In this document: one piece after another, positions 31,620-42,869 of the stretch
Numbering within the stretch: position 1 is the stretch's first letter
Layout: every line of letters begins with the position of its first letter
DNA from: an uncultured Verrucomicrobiae bacterium
GTDB taxonomy: Bacteria; Verrucomicrobiota; Verrucomicrobiia; Chthoniobacterales; JAFAMB01
Reading direction: 5' to 3'
NCBI GenBank assembly: GCA_963813025.1
Contig: CAWEXO010000005.1
Span: 256,001-320,000, forward strand
DNA length: 64,000 bases
Position numbers and translations under genes: made by a program
The notes under the pieces: generated by a model
Seen by the model: only the letters and a program-made list of their open reading frames with translations
Told to the model about the DNA's origin: nothing
Database searches by the model: none

Positions 31620-31830
31620 TGAGAATCAGACCGACGTCATGCACCCCGATTCGGGTTCCTTCGACGATCGTTTTTCCCTGACAGATCAGGTCGGCGTAAT
31701 AGACCGTCTGGGGCCGGAAAAGAGCGGCTTCATGCAGGCCGGGATCGCGTAGGCCGGGGGATCCGCCGTAGCGCTCTATTTTGTCATCATGGATGGCAAG
31801 CACTTCGGCGAGAGTGAGATAGTCGGTCAC
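31620..31830 (-). pseudogene. Doc/Fic toxin N-terminal fragment joined to a DUF433-like fragment
   Basis: YLTLAEVLAIH...YGG..GLRD.GL.EAAL.RP; the Fic HPF motif is absent, replaced by GK.IVEGTRI.V. Confidence 0.75.
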
Positions 31831-32048
31831 TCAGCGAGCCTCTTGTAGAGGCTGCCGAATTTTTCATGGCTGGCCTGGTACGCCGCCATGACTTGAGCGC
31901 GGGGCCGGGCCTTGCGCCGCTTTTCAATCAGGTCGGAAAGCGCCTCGTCGACCAAGGCCTGTATTTGCCGGCCTTCCTCCTGCGCGATCGCTCGAACGGT
32001 CGTCAGAATATCCGTATCGACCTGGGTCGCGAATTTCTTACGGGACAT
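31827..32048 (-). CDS. Ribbon-helix-helix antitoxin, partner of Doc
   Basis: KFATQVD..IL..VR.IA.EEGRQIQALVDEAL; overlaps the doc start. Confidence 0.75.
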   Translation of the reverse strand: MSRKKFATQVDTDILTTVRAIAQEEGRQIQALVDEALSDLIEKRRKARPRAQVMAAYQASHEKFGSLYKRLAE

Positions 32049-32249
32049 AATACAATAGTCTCTTGCTAGTTTATCATGACAAATCATGAAACGCCAAGAA
32101 ACCAGTGAGAGAGAACGCAACAAAGCAATTCGCCCTGGGGCCGCTGGTCCGGATTTTAGCTCATCTCTATTTGTACCGCCTGGAGCGGTCTTGCTTGCAC
32201 GGCCGCTCTAATTCCATTTCCGTATCCGCATTCGATAGGAAAAAGATCT

Positions 32250-32660
32250 ATGGCGCGAGTATTTGTTACTGGATCTTCGGACGGGCTTGGTCAAACGGCT
32301 GCTCAACTGTTGTTGGTTCTTGGACATCAGGTTGTTCTGCATGCTCGGAACGAACAAAGGGCAAAAGATGCTCTGGCGGCCGTGCCCGGCGCGGTGCAGA
32401 TCGGCCATCGTTGCCAGGTGGTTCACCAGGTGAACCGGCAAGCCGCGGTCGAGCAGCCCTTCACGCCACGGCTCGACCGGAATGTCCTGAAAGGTGATCG
32501 TGCGGCCAAGCGCCTTCGAATAATCCTGTGCATAGAAGTGCATGTTCTCGGACTGCGGACCGGTAAGGTGATCGCCACCGCCGCCGCATTGACCGTCGCG
32601 GCCAGATAGGCATCCGAAACCGACATGCCGAAGTACATCGTCTCGCAGCCGACATAGCGT
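32250..32660. pseudogene. SDR N-terminal fragment (+) fused to NmrA-like fragments (-)
   Basis: VFVTGSSDGLG...HARN on +; YFGMSVS and YS.ALGR.ITF.D...ADLHRAG on -. Confidence 0.7.
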
Positions 32661-32753
32661 GATTCCCGCTGCTGGATTGGCTCCCCAATGTAACTCTTGA
32701 GCTAAGGCGAGTCGACATCTACGGTTCGCTCAAGTTTCGCTCCAGAACCATCA

Positions 32754-33695
32754 ATGGACCAAGACCTTTCTGCAAAGCTGGAACAGCGCCTCGGACGCGT
32801 GCATGCAAGGCAGCGGCTTGGGATCGAGAAGGACTATGAGCAACGCGTATTTGGGCACGGCATCAACTTCTTTCACATAGAGAACTGGTACTCGATCCAC
32901 TCGGTTATGCGCAACTCACTGAAGCTGGCCGGCTTGTATTGGCGTGGGTGCAAAAATGCAGAGCGGGTACAGATACGCCACAACCTCATCCAGCGGGCGG
33001 AGATTCCCAGCCTCTTTGATGGATTCACCATCCTCCACATCAGCGACATGCATGCGGACATCAGTCAAGGCGCGATGCGCCGCTTGATCGAGCTTCTGGA
33101 CGGCATTTCCTACGATCTCTGTGTTTTGACTGGGGATTACCGTGGCAAGACTTTCGGTCCATTCGATGCAGCTCTCGAAGGAGTGGGACAAGTTCGATCG
33201 CGCCTCAAAAGCTCTGTTTTTGGAGTGCTGGGGAATCATGATACGATCCGCATGGTTCCGGGACTAGAGGAGATAGGGATCCGGATGCTGCTCAACGAGT
33301 GTGGGACCATCGTGCGCGGGAACCAACGCATCTATCTAGCCGGCATAGATGATGCCCACTACTACCGTGTGGACAACATTGAAAAGGCCGCTTCGACGAT
33401 CCCGCACGATGAGTTTTCGATCCTGCTGTCGCACACCCCGGAGATCTATCGCCAAGCTGCTCATGCCGATTTCAGTCTGCTGCTGGGTGGCCACACTCAT
33501 GGCGGACAGGTCTGTCTTCCCGGGTCCATTCCTATTACCCTCGATTCGGTCCTGCCGCGATACATGGCATCTGGATCGTGGAAATATCACAACATGCTCG
33601 GCTACACGTCGTCTGGCGTCGGTTCGTGTGTTGTTCCCGTACGTCTCAACTGCCCTCCGGAAATCACACTGCATCACCTCCAAACTCAGGGATAG
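32754..33695 (+). CDS. Calcineurin-like metallophosphoesterase
   Basis: SDMH, TGDY, GNHD, LSHTP, GHTHGGQ. Confidence 0.92.
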   Translation: MDQDLSAKLEQRLGRVHARQRLGIEKDYEQRVFGHGINFFHIENWYSIHSVMRNSLKLAGLYWRGCKNAERVQIRHNLIQRAEIPSLFDGFTILHISDMHADISQGAMRRLIELLDGISYDLCVLTGDYRGKTFGPFDAALEGVGQVRSRLKSSVFGVLGNHDTIRMVPGLEEIGIRMLLNECGTIVRGNQRIYLAGIDDAHYYRVDNIEKAASTIPHDEFSILLSHTPEIYRQAAHADFSLLLGGHTHGGQVCLPGSIPITLDSVLPRYMASGSWKYHNMLGYTSSGVGSCVVPVRLNCPPEITLHHLQTQG

Positions 33696-33749
33696 CGAGC
33701 TCTGAAATCTTCGTGTGCCTCAGCGGCTTTCCGCCTACGAGCTTCCGGC

Positions 33750-34226
33750 CTAATACGGACGCTCGCGTACGCGAAATTTATAAAGGAGCCTGGAAATCAG
33801 CATTTCGCCGAAAAAAAAGGCAAGCACGACGACCGCGATGTTCCATACCTTCAACGAAAGCGCACTGCGGCAGGCAAGAAGTGGAAACAGGGATTCAGGT
33901 ACTTGATCCAGCCCGACTGCCCGGCTGCTTACAGGCAGCCCCAGGCGCCGCTTTAAAAAGCTGGAGAAGAGATCGCCTGACATGGCCGCGCTGCCGACCA
34001 ATGCTCCGATTTTGCATCCAAGACCGCCCAGACCGGCAGCGACCGCGGTTGCGAGAACTGCGAGAAACACCCCGCGGATGGTTTTTGATGCGCCAAACAG
34101 AGGCTGCCCATCGGCGCATTTCATGCCGCAGTCGAGAGGATATGAGAATCGATTGCCCAAGAGTTTATTCGCGAGCAAGGGTGTACCGTTCGCCAGTATC
34201 ACCAGAAATACCAAGTGTCTGATCAA
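33750..34226 (-). CDS. CarS-like (CDP-archaeol synthase family) CTP transferase
   Basis: ANG.P....PLD.G....DG.PLFG.SKT.RG, GDL.SSFLKRRLG, LDQ. Confidence 0.8.
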   Translation of the reverse strand: MIRHLVFLVILANGTPLLANKLLGNRFSYPLDCGMKCADGQPLFGASKTIRGVFLAVLATAVAAGLGGLGCKIGALVGSAAMSGDLFSSFLKRRLGLPVSSRAVGLDQVPESLFPLLACRSALSLKVWNIAVVVLAFFFGEMLISRLLYKFRVRERPY

Positions 34227-34729
34227 CCGGAGCCCCCCATCATGCTATCTTAGCTTAGCGTAGAGCGTCATCGCCAACGAAGACCAGATCCAACGAGAAG
34301 AAAAGAAGGTACTGATCAGAAACGACCTTTCCAACTTTCCGGGGATGAACTTACCTGGACCGTTTCTACTCCGTCCGTCGGTTCTGGAACCTCTGAGAAG
34401 GAAATTGATCGTTCTCTCCTCCTTTTGGAGCGGGCAGTCAGCGCCGCTTGGATGGCGTTGGGTAATGCGTCTTCAATGAGAGGCTTCCGCAGAAAAGCCA
34501 CTGCATCTTCGTGCGACCCATTCACGTAAATTCTATCCGGAGCTAATTCGCGTCATAGAGACCGACCGATAATTTGCCGCGCCGCTGCTCACCCCGATCG
34601 GTATGCCCGGAGAAGCCGCTCGGATTGCGTTGAGCGCGGCAGCTATATCGCCGGACGCGAGACTCTCCTGACCGTTCGAGTTGCGTGGATGAACGTGGAT
34701 TGCTTCAATTCAACAACAGGAGTCTCTAA

Positions 34730-35726
<997 letters not shown>

Positions 35727-35890
35727 TCTTCCACAAACAACAGAACCTCGTCCGGTCCAAGGACGTAGTCCTTGAGCAGACGCGGCTCGAGCGACCAGTG
35801 CCAGAGCCAACACACCGAGCGCGCTCACGCAGCCGATAGACAACGTTCGGATACCCTTCATTTTTCCCTTTTCTGGCGTAGCTTCTCGGC

Positions 35891-36424
35891 GTGCCCATCA
35901 CCATTGAGCTGCCGGCAATCGAGGACCAGACCGAGAGAAACATCGCTCGCTGGACTGAGATCTTGACTGATCGCGAACTCGCCAAACTCCCAAATCGGAT
36001 AGAGACCGATCGGCACGGCCATATCCTCATGAGCCCTCCTCCCGCTTTCCGCCATGGACGCCGCCAATCTGCTGTTTCCACTCTGCTGTCCAATTTGCTC
36101 CCGTCCGGGCTGGTCCTGACAGATTGCCCGGTGTCCACCGCGGACGGTGTCAAGGCGACCGATGTTGCTTGGCTCGCTCCGGGCCGGTCCGAAATTGCGG
36201 AGGATCCTATTGTCCTAACTCGTGCGGCCGAGATCTGTGTCGAGATTTTTTCTCCGTCTAATTCCGAGAGAGAGATCAGCGAAAAACGCACGCTCTATTT
36301 CGATGCCGGCGCGACCGAAGTCTGGATCTGCGCCCTCGATGGGTCGATGTCGTTTTTTGTCGGTCCTCACCAGCAATTACCCGCTTCTTCTATTTGTCCC
36401 GCCTTTCCTAATCACATTTCTTGA
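35891..36424 (+). CDS. Uma2-family endonuclease
   Basis: G.ILMSPPP..RH, DVAW, EICVEIFSPSN, K..LYF.AG..EVW. Confidence 0.88.
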   Translation: MPITIELPAIEDQTERNIARWTEILTDRELAKLPNRIETDRHGHILMSPPPAFRHGRRQSAVSTLLSNLLPSGLVLTDCPVSTADGVKATDVAWLAPGRSEIAEDPIVLTRAAEICVEIFSPSNSEREISEKRTLYFDAGATEVWICALDGSMSFFVGPHQQLPASSICPAFPNHIS

Positions 36425-36590
36425 GCGCCGCCCTATTGTGACCGAACCCATAGGGGGATCGATTAGGCCGTTCCCCACGGCTTGCGCGGGCTGATCGGCA
36501 CACCCTGCTGAGACAGGGATTCCAGTTTTACGCTTTGTCCGAACACACTTGCCGCCGCGATCAGACACAGTAGAAAAGTGACGAAGCGCT

Positions 36591-38525
36591 ATGCACCTAC
36601 TGGACTACATCCTGGGACGGCCTTTAGCCACGCAGGAGGACAAACAGGAGCGCGTTGGTCCTCTGGCCGGTGTTTCCGTTTTTGGACTCGATGCTTTGAG
36701 CTCCGCCGCTTATGGACCCGAGGCGGCCTTAACCGTTCTTATCGGGCTAGGCACGGCCGGGCTGGTTTACAACGTACCAATCACCTTGGCGGTCTGCACA
36801 ATCCTGATCGTTGTTTATTTTAGTTATCGCCAGACGATTGCGGCCTATCCCAGTGGCGCGGGCTCCTACACGGTGGCCAAGGAAAATCTCGGAACGAAAA
36901 GCGGCGTATTCGCCGCGGCGGCGCTGATGATCGATTATACCCTCAATGTCGCGGTCGGCATTTCGGCCGGTATTGGCGCCCTCACCTCCGCAGTGCCCGT
37001 CCTTCATTCATACGCTTTATTTTTGTGTTTGATTATTCTCGCCACACTAACATTTATCAATTTGCGCGGGTTGCGCGAATCCGGCTTTGCTTTTATGCCG
37101 CCGACATACCTTTTCGTTGGCTGCCTCGGTATCGTGATCCTTGCCGGGCTTTTTCAACTGATCGCTGCCGGCGGGCATCCGCGGCCGGCGACTGCGCCAC
37201 CGGCACCAATGAACGGTCACCATCCGGCTGATCTCTGGCTTCTGCTGAAAGCTTTCGCGGCCGGTTGCACCGCCATGACTGGGGTTGAGGCGGTGAGCAA
37301 CGGTGTTCAGGCATTCCAGGAACCGGTTGTCAATTCTGCCCGTCGCACGCTCACCTTAATTGTCGCCATTCTCATTGTGCTTCTCTTAGGCATCGCCTTA
37401 CTCGTCCCTGCCTACCAGATTACTGCGACTGATCCGGGATCGCCGAACTATCAGAGCATTTTGTCCATGCTGATCGCCGCAGTGTTTGGGCGCGGACCGT
37501 TTTATTACGTCGCGATTGCTGCCATCCTCCTGGTCCTCTGCCTTTCGGCCAATACTTCCTTTGCCGGATTCCCGCGCGTCTGTCGCACCGTCGCTCAAGA
37601 CGGTTTCCTCCCTCACTCGTTTACCATCCGGGGACGACGTCTGGTTTACACCGAAGGCATTGTGGTATTAACCACGCTCTCCGCGAGCCTCCTGATCCTT
37701 TTCAACGGCGTCACCGACAAGCTGATCCCGTTATTCGCGATTGGCGCATTTCTGGCGTTCACCCTATCCCAAGCCGGGATGGTCGCGCATTGGCTGCGCT
37801 CGAACAAGCCAAACAGCCGGCGCAATGCGGTAGTCAACGGGATCGGCGCGGTCGCGACTGCCATCACGTTTCTGATCGTCCTGGTCACCAAATTTGCCGA
37901 AGGAGCCTGGCTGGTCGTGATCATTCTACCCGCCTTGTGCGGGTTCATGTTCTGGATCAAGCACCATTATACGAAGGTTGCGCGGGTGCTGGCCCTGACG
38001 GGACCAGTCAAGCTGGCTAAGGCGCTCAAGATCGTCGCCGTTGTTCCCATCGAAGACGTCAATTTCATTACCGAAGAGGCTCTGCAAACGGCTTTCAGAC
38101 TTACCCCGGACGTTAAAGTAGTCCATATCCAAGAGGAGAATTCTGATCAGGATTTCGACCGCACCTGGCGGGAGCGGTTAAAACCGGAAATCCAGGCAGC
38201 CGGTTTGCCGATGCCGGAGGTTATCGTTTTCAAGTCGCCCTACCGTAAAGTCATCTCGCCGGTTCTCAGCTATATTTGGCAACTCGAACGTGATCATCCC
38301 GACACAGCGATCGCCGTCCTGATTCCGCAGCTGATCGAATCCCACTGGTACTACACCTTTCTCCATAACCAGCGGGCTACCGTCCTGCGAACTTTGCTCT
38401 TACTGAAAGGCGATAACCGCATTATTATCGTGGACGTACCGTGGCACCTGAAAAAACAGGAGAAGACGAAAGGCCCTCATCGAAAAGAGCCGCGGGATCG
38501 GTATCCGGCGGGTTTGGACCGATAA
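36591..38525 (+). CDS. APC-family permease, KimA/YdaO-like K+ transporter
   Basis: DALSSAAYGPE, SYRQTI.AYP.G, GCTAMTGVEAVSNGV, C-terminal SPYR...LHNQ cytosolic domain. Confidence 0.85.
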   Translation: MHLLDYILGRPLATQEDKQERVGPLAGVSVFGLDALSSAAYGPEAALTVLIGLGTAGLVYNVPITLAVCTILIVVYFSYRQTIAAYPSGAGSYTVAKENLGTKSGVFAAAALMIDYTLNVAVGISAGIGALTSAVPVLHSYALFLCLIILATLTFINLRGLRESGFAFMPPTYLFVGCLGIVILAGLFQLIAAGGHPRPATAPPAPMNGHHPADLWLLLKAFAAGCTAMTGVEAVSNGVQAFQEPVVNSARRTLTLIVAILIVLLLGIALLVPAYQITATDPGSPNYQSILSMLIAAVFGRGPFYYVAIAAILLVLCLSANTSFAGFPRVCRTVAQDGFLPHSFTIRGRRLVYTEGIVVLTTLSASLLILFNGVTDKLIPLFAIGAFLAFTLSQAGMVAHWLRSNKPNSRRNAVVNGIGAVATAITFLIVLVTKFAEGAWLVVIILPALCGFMFWIKHHYTKVARVLALTGPVKLAKALKIVAVVPIEDVNFITEEALQTAFRLTPDVKVVHIQEENSDQDFDRTWRERLKPEIQAAGLPMPEVIVFKSPYRKVISPVLSYIWQLERDHPDTAIAVLIPQLIESHWYYTFLHNQRATVLRTLLLLKGDNRIIIVDVPWHLKKQEKTKGPHRKEPRDRYPAGLDR

Positions 38526-38589
38526 CAAGGGAGTGCCGCACTCTCAACCGACCGAACGCAGACGCTGCAATTTCCAAAAAAACACTACC

Positions 38590-39066
38590 ATGCGTAAAAC
38601 TGTAACGAACTCAGAACCATCTTCGAGCATCTCGGAACCGGCTAAGGCATGGCTCGATATCGAACAGATTGCCCGGGCGGAAGTCACTTCCGAAGATCCT
38701 CAATATCCGGTTGAATTTGCCTTTAATCGCGAGCCAGGTCTTGGCTGGCGAGCCGCCCGACCAGGTCCGCAGACAATTCGTCTCATATTCGACGAACCCC
38801 AAAGGCTACGCCGAATATCGCTCCGTTTCTCAGAGAGTAACACCGAACGCAGGCAAGAGTTCACGCTGCGCTGGTTCGAGGAGCAAAACGGTTCACCGCG
38901 GGAAATCACTCGGCAACAGTGGAATTTCAGCCCAAGTGGCTCATCAAGCGAAATTGAAGATTATAGGGTCAATCTCGAGGCAGTGCGGATTCTGGAATTG
39001 ATTATCGATCCCGATTCAGGGAAGGGCCAGGCGGTGGCCGCGTTGGCGGAGTGGCGGCTCGAATGA
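38590..39066 (+). CDS. Galactose-binding-like fold protein
   Basis: EVTSED..YPVE...GWRA..PG.QTIRL.FD.PQ. Confidence 0.65.
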   Translation: MRKTVTNSEPSSSISEPAKAWLDIEQIARAEVTSEDPQYPVEFAFNREPGLGWRAARPGPQTIRLIFDEPQRLRRISLRFSESNTERRQEFTLRWFEEQNGSPREITRQQWNFSPSGSSSEIEDYRVNLEAVRILELIIDPDSGKGQAVAALAEWRLE

Positions 39067-39154
39067 AGAGCCCGCCTCGCGGAAGTTCTACCGCAGGATG
39101 ATATTTCTCCGTTTGTGTGCGATTGTTGTCGCCGATTGGCCTTTCCCAGGTGGT

Positions 39155-40063
39155 ATGAAAACGCTCATCATTGCGACGGGCCTTCTTTGTTCTCTTCTCT
39201 GGAGAGGCGAGTCCGCTCCACTGATTCGCGCCGGAGGCCTCGGACGAAGCGGAAGTTTTCGCCCGATGGTGACCCGCGTTCCCAGTCTTCTGACCGAAAG
39301 AGTTCGGCAAAGCTTCGGCAGTCCGGCCCGGCCGGGCATTCCGACACTCAATGCGCCAAGATCGGATCCGCGATTTGCGGCTTTTCGCCGTCGGGAGCAG
39401 TTTAGAGAACGTGGCCGGCCCGAGAGGTTTTTTTCCCGCGGACGCCGATTCTTCGTTAGCCCGCTTTTTCTGGCGCTTTGCTGGCCGAACTGCTTTTTTC
39501 CTCCGGATTGGTTGCCTGACGACAGTGCTTACTCGATCGACAACTCGCCCGGAGGTGATTCAGCGGCGTACCAAGTTCCGAACGAGGACCAATCAGAAAG
39601 CCAACTTTACGCGACCTTCCTGACTGACCTTGCCCAACGCGTCGCCACCCTGCGAGCCACAGCCGAAGCTTCTAATGCTGCTCAGCCAGCGACTCGCAGC
39701 ATGGCCGGAGCATACTTCAGTCCTTCGCAAAATGCTGCTCCCGCGGCATTCGAAAGTCAGCCGCAACCAACGAAATTCTCGAATGCTTCCTCTGCCCCAC
39801 CAGCGAAACCGGCGGACGAAGGAATTGCTGCTCAGCAAAATCACGGCGTTTTACCAAAACGTATTCTCCTCAGCTGGCTAAGAGACGGTGGAAAAGACGT
39901 TGTGGTCGTGCAAGACACGCAAAGCAAGGAGGTGCAAAGGATCACCACTGAACCCAATCGCAGCAATTTCCGGATCATCAAGGTACGCCCGGATATCGAT
40001 CCGCAGCTGTCCGAGGTCGTGATCTCCGACGGCACCGAGCAAGAGACAGTGAAGTTTCCCTGA
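39155..40063 (+). CDS. Hypothetical exported protein
   Basis: Signal-like N-terminus, R/G/F-rich region, Ala/Pro/Gln linker and small C-terminal beta domain. Confidence 0.6.
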   Translation: MKTLIIATGLLCSLLWRGESAPLIRAGGLGRSGSFRPMVTRVPSLLTERVRQSFGSPARPGIPTLNAPRSDPRFAAFRRREQFRERGRPERFFSRGRRFFVSPLFLALCWPNCFFPPDWLPDDSAYSIDNSPGGDSAAYQVPNEDQSESQLYATFLTDLAQRVATLRATAEASNAAQPATRSMAGAYFSPSQNAAPAAFESQPQPTKFSNASSAPPAKPADEGIAAQQNHGVLPKRILLSWLRDGGKDVVVVQDTQSKEVQRITTEPNRSNFRIIKVRPDIDPQLSEVVISDGTEQETVKFP

Positions 40064-40105
40064 CAGGCAGGATTTCCGAGCGATGCAGGCTAAAAAGTAA
40101 GGAAT

Positions 40106-40912
40106 GTGCATCTCTTCGATCTCAGCGGAGAAGTGGCTGTCGTCAGCGGCGCGACCGGCGTGCTTGGGGGGGCGATCGCCGAAGCGCTCGCGTCCGCCGG
40201 CGCAAAAGTGGCAATCCTCGGCCGTAACGCGGAGCGAGGCGCCGAACGTGTCGACGCCATTCGGAAACAGGAAGGTATTGCCGGGTTTTTCTCGGCGGAC
40301 GTCTTGGACCAACACTCCCTGCAGGCCGCGTGCGAGACATTGTCGTCCGAGTTAGGCGCCCCCACAATCCTGGTGAACGCGGCAGGAGGCAATGACCCCC
40401 GCGTGACCGTGACCCCCGAACATCCCCTTGAGAATATCGGCTTAATTGATTGGCGGCAGAGTTTCGACCTGAATCTGGTCGGCGGTGCGGTGCTCCCTTG
40501 TCAGGTTTTCGGCCCCTTGATGAAAAGCCATCGCAAAGGCAGCATCATCAACATTGCCAGCGTCGCCGCCCACCTGCCTCTATCGCGGGTCGTCGCATAT
40601 TCGGCCGCGAAGGCGGCACTCCTCAACTTTACCCAGTTTCTTGCGCGTGAATGGGCGCCCCACAACGTCCGCGCCAATTCGATCACGCCCGGATTTTTCC
40701 CAGGTGAACAAAACCGGCGCTTGCTGTTTGGCGAAAACGGCGCTCCCACGCCTCGCGGACAGATAATTCTGGGCCATACTCCGATGGCGCGCTTTGGCAT
40801 CCCAGCCGAACTCGCCGGCGCGGCAATTTTTTTAGCTAGTGAAAGAGCCAGTGGCTTTGTCACCGGTATCGACCTGCGGGTTGATGGCGGATTTCTCGCT
40901 CAAACAATCTAG
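40106..40912 (+). CDS. SDR, D-mannonate oxidoreductase (UxuB-type)-like
   Basis: GATGVLG, NAAGGN.P, YSAAKAA, PGFF..EQNR.LL, HTPM.RFG. Confidence 0.8.
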   Translation: MHLFDLSGEVAVVSGATGVLGGAIAEALASAGAKVAILGRNAERGAERVDAIRKQEGIAGFFSADVLDQHSLQAACETLSSELGAPTILVNAAGGNDPRVTVTPEHPLENIGLIDWRQSFDLNLVGGAVLPCQVFGPLMKSHRKGSIINIASVAAHLPLSRVVAYSAAKAALLNFTQFLAREWAPHNVRANSITPGFFPGEQNRRLLFGENGAPTPRGQIILGHTPMARFGIPAELAGAAIFLASERASGFVTGIDLRVDGGFLAQTI

Positions 40913-41035
40913 CCAGCCTGCAGAGTCGGAGCCGGGACTCAGGACTCGGGGGTCCGGACTCCAAAGGTAGTTTAAACCGCTCAAAAACACTTTGCGCCGT
41001 ATCGGTCTGGGCAGAGATTGGCCAGACAGGAAAGC

Positions 41036-42321
41036 ATGATCTCCCCCGCCATCTCACGGATCAACCGCCACGGTTCCCCTTTAAGCAACGCCGAGGTTTT
41101 GGAAGTCATCGCTGAAGCTTGCCCTCTCTCCGAATATCGAGGGAAAAAAGTGCTCCTGATTGTGCCCGACGCGACGCGCACTTGCCCGCTTGGATTACTC
41201 TTCAAGGGAATTTTTGCACGGATCGGCGGCGTCACGGCCACGCTTGACGTCATGATCGCATTGGGCACGCACCAGCCGATGAACGAGGAAGCGATCTGTC
41301 GCCGTCTGGAAATTTCCGATGAGGAGCGGGCCAAGCTTTACGGGGCGGTACGATTCTTCAACCATGAATGGGATAATCCATTGGCTTTGAAGCACATCGG
41401 TACGTTTTCTGCACAGGATATTAAAAACCTAACCGGTGGTCTGTTCGCAATCGAGGTGCCGGTTATGGTCAATCGCCGCCTCTTTGATTACGACCAGATC
41501 GTGATCGTTGGACCAGTGTTTCCTCACGAGGTTGTCGGATTTTCCGGAGGCAACAAATACCTCTTCCCGGAGTGAGCGGACCCGAGGTTTTGAATTTCTT
41601 TCATTGGCTCGGGGCGGTCGTCACCAATCCCATGATCATTGGAAACAAGTATACGCCGGTGCGAAACGTCGTTGATCGAGCCGGGTCGATGGTTGCGTTG
41701 CCAAAGCTGTGTTTTTGTATGGTGGTGGAGCATGCGCAACTCGCCGGACTTTTTGCCGGCTCACCGGAAAACGCCTGGGATCAGGCGAGCGATTTGTCCC
41801 GGAAGCTTCACATTACCTACAAAGAGCATCCCTTCCATACCGTGCTCTCCTGCGCGCCACCGATGTACGATGAACTCTGGGTCGGAGGTAAGTGCATGTA
41901 CAAGCTTGAGCCGGTTGTGGCGGACGGCGGCGAACTGATCATCTATGCACCGCATATCCACGAGATCTCTCTGACCCACGGAGCTCTCATTCGGCGAATC
42001 GGCTACCATTGTCGCGACTATTTTCTCCAGCAGTGGGACAAGTACAAAGAGATCTCCTGGGGCGTTCTAGCCCATTCCACCCACGTCCGAGGCATTGGAA
42101 CTTATCAAAACGGCATCGAGCGCTGTCGAATTCAAGTCACCCTGGCGACGGGCATTCCGAGAGAGATCTGCACGCAGATCAATCTTGGTTATCGCGAGCC
42201 GGCAACGATTCATCCTCAGGACTTCGCGGGCCGTGAAGACGATGGAGTGCTGCTCGTGCCAAAGGCCGGAGAGATGTTGTATCATCTGCGACAGCGGCCC
42301 GCCTGGGCGCGTGAGATGTGA
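41036..42321 (+). pseudogene. LarA-family (nickel-pincer) racemase/epimerase with a frameshift near 41572 (possibly a sequencing error)
   Basis: VPDATRT, ALGTH.PM, PHEVVGFSGGNKY.FPG, GK.MYK.E.VV.DGG.LI. Confidence 0.85.
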
Positions 42322-42551
42322 GGGTATAAGCGCTGTTTGAGGGTGAGCGTAGCGCGCACGGCCTCGTCCGTATCCTCTCTTTCGCCCTATCGGCACAGGA
42401 CAGCGGGGTACTCTGAGACGATCTCTAGCTCTCGCGTGACAATCGCTTAAGGCGTACTACCCTTCCGTGCACTGGTCCATCGCAATCAGTACGGACGAGG
42501 CCGGGAGTGTCGGAGTTTGGGGTAATTCGTAGCGCGCCATCAAGCGATTGG

Positions 42552-42744
42552 CGGTAGGGACGAGCTCCAGCTCGTCCGGATCCAGATCGATCCAACACCA
42601 AGGAGGTCAAGCGGGAGCTTGACCTACCGACATTGGTGTTTGCGAGACAATCTCTTTATTCGAGCCGGACGTTGGGATGAGCCACCCACTCCAGACGGCT
42701 CAAACAAGTTCTCGCCTGGCGCTCGAATGAATTTTCGCCCTACC
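42552..42744. repeat. REP/REPIN-like GTAGGG...CCTAC element
   Basis: Shares sequence with 55456-55740 and, in reverse complement, with 50989-51240. Confidence 0.8.
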
Positions 42745-42869
42745 AACACGGAGCCAAGACGCGTTGGACACGTTTCTAAACCTCCCTTCCGAACGGTACC
42801 TCGATTGCGCGCCTACAGATTACCCAAAGTCCGACAGATCCGAGGCCGGCCGCGCTACGCTCACGCCGC

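Noticed and set aside
34316..34525. Response regulator gene
   Set aside because: Only a short AVAFLRKP remnant is present; too little to annotate.
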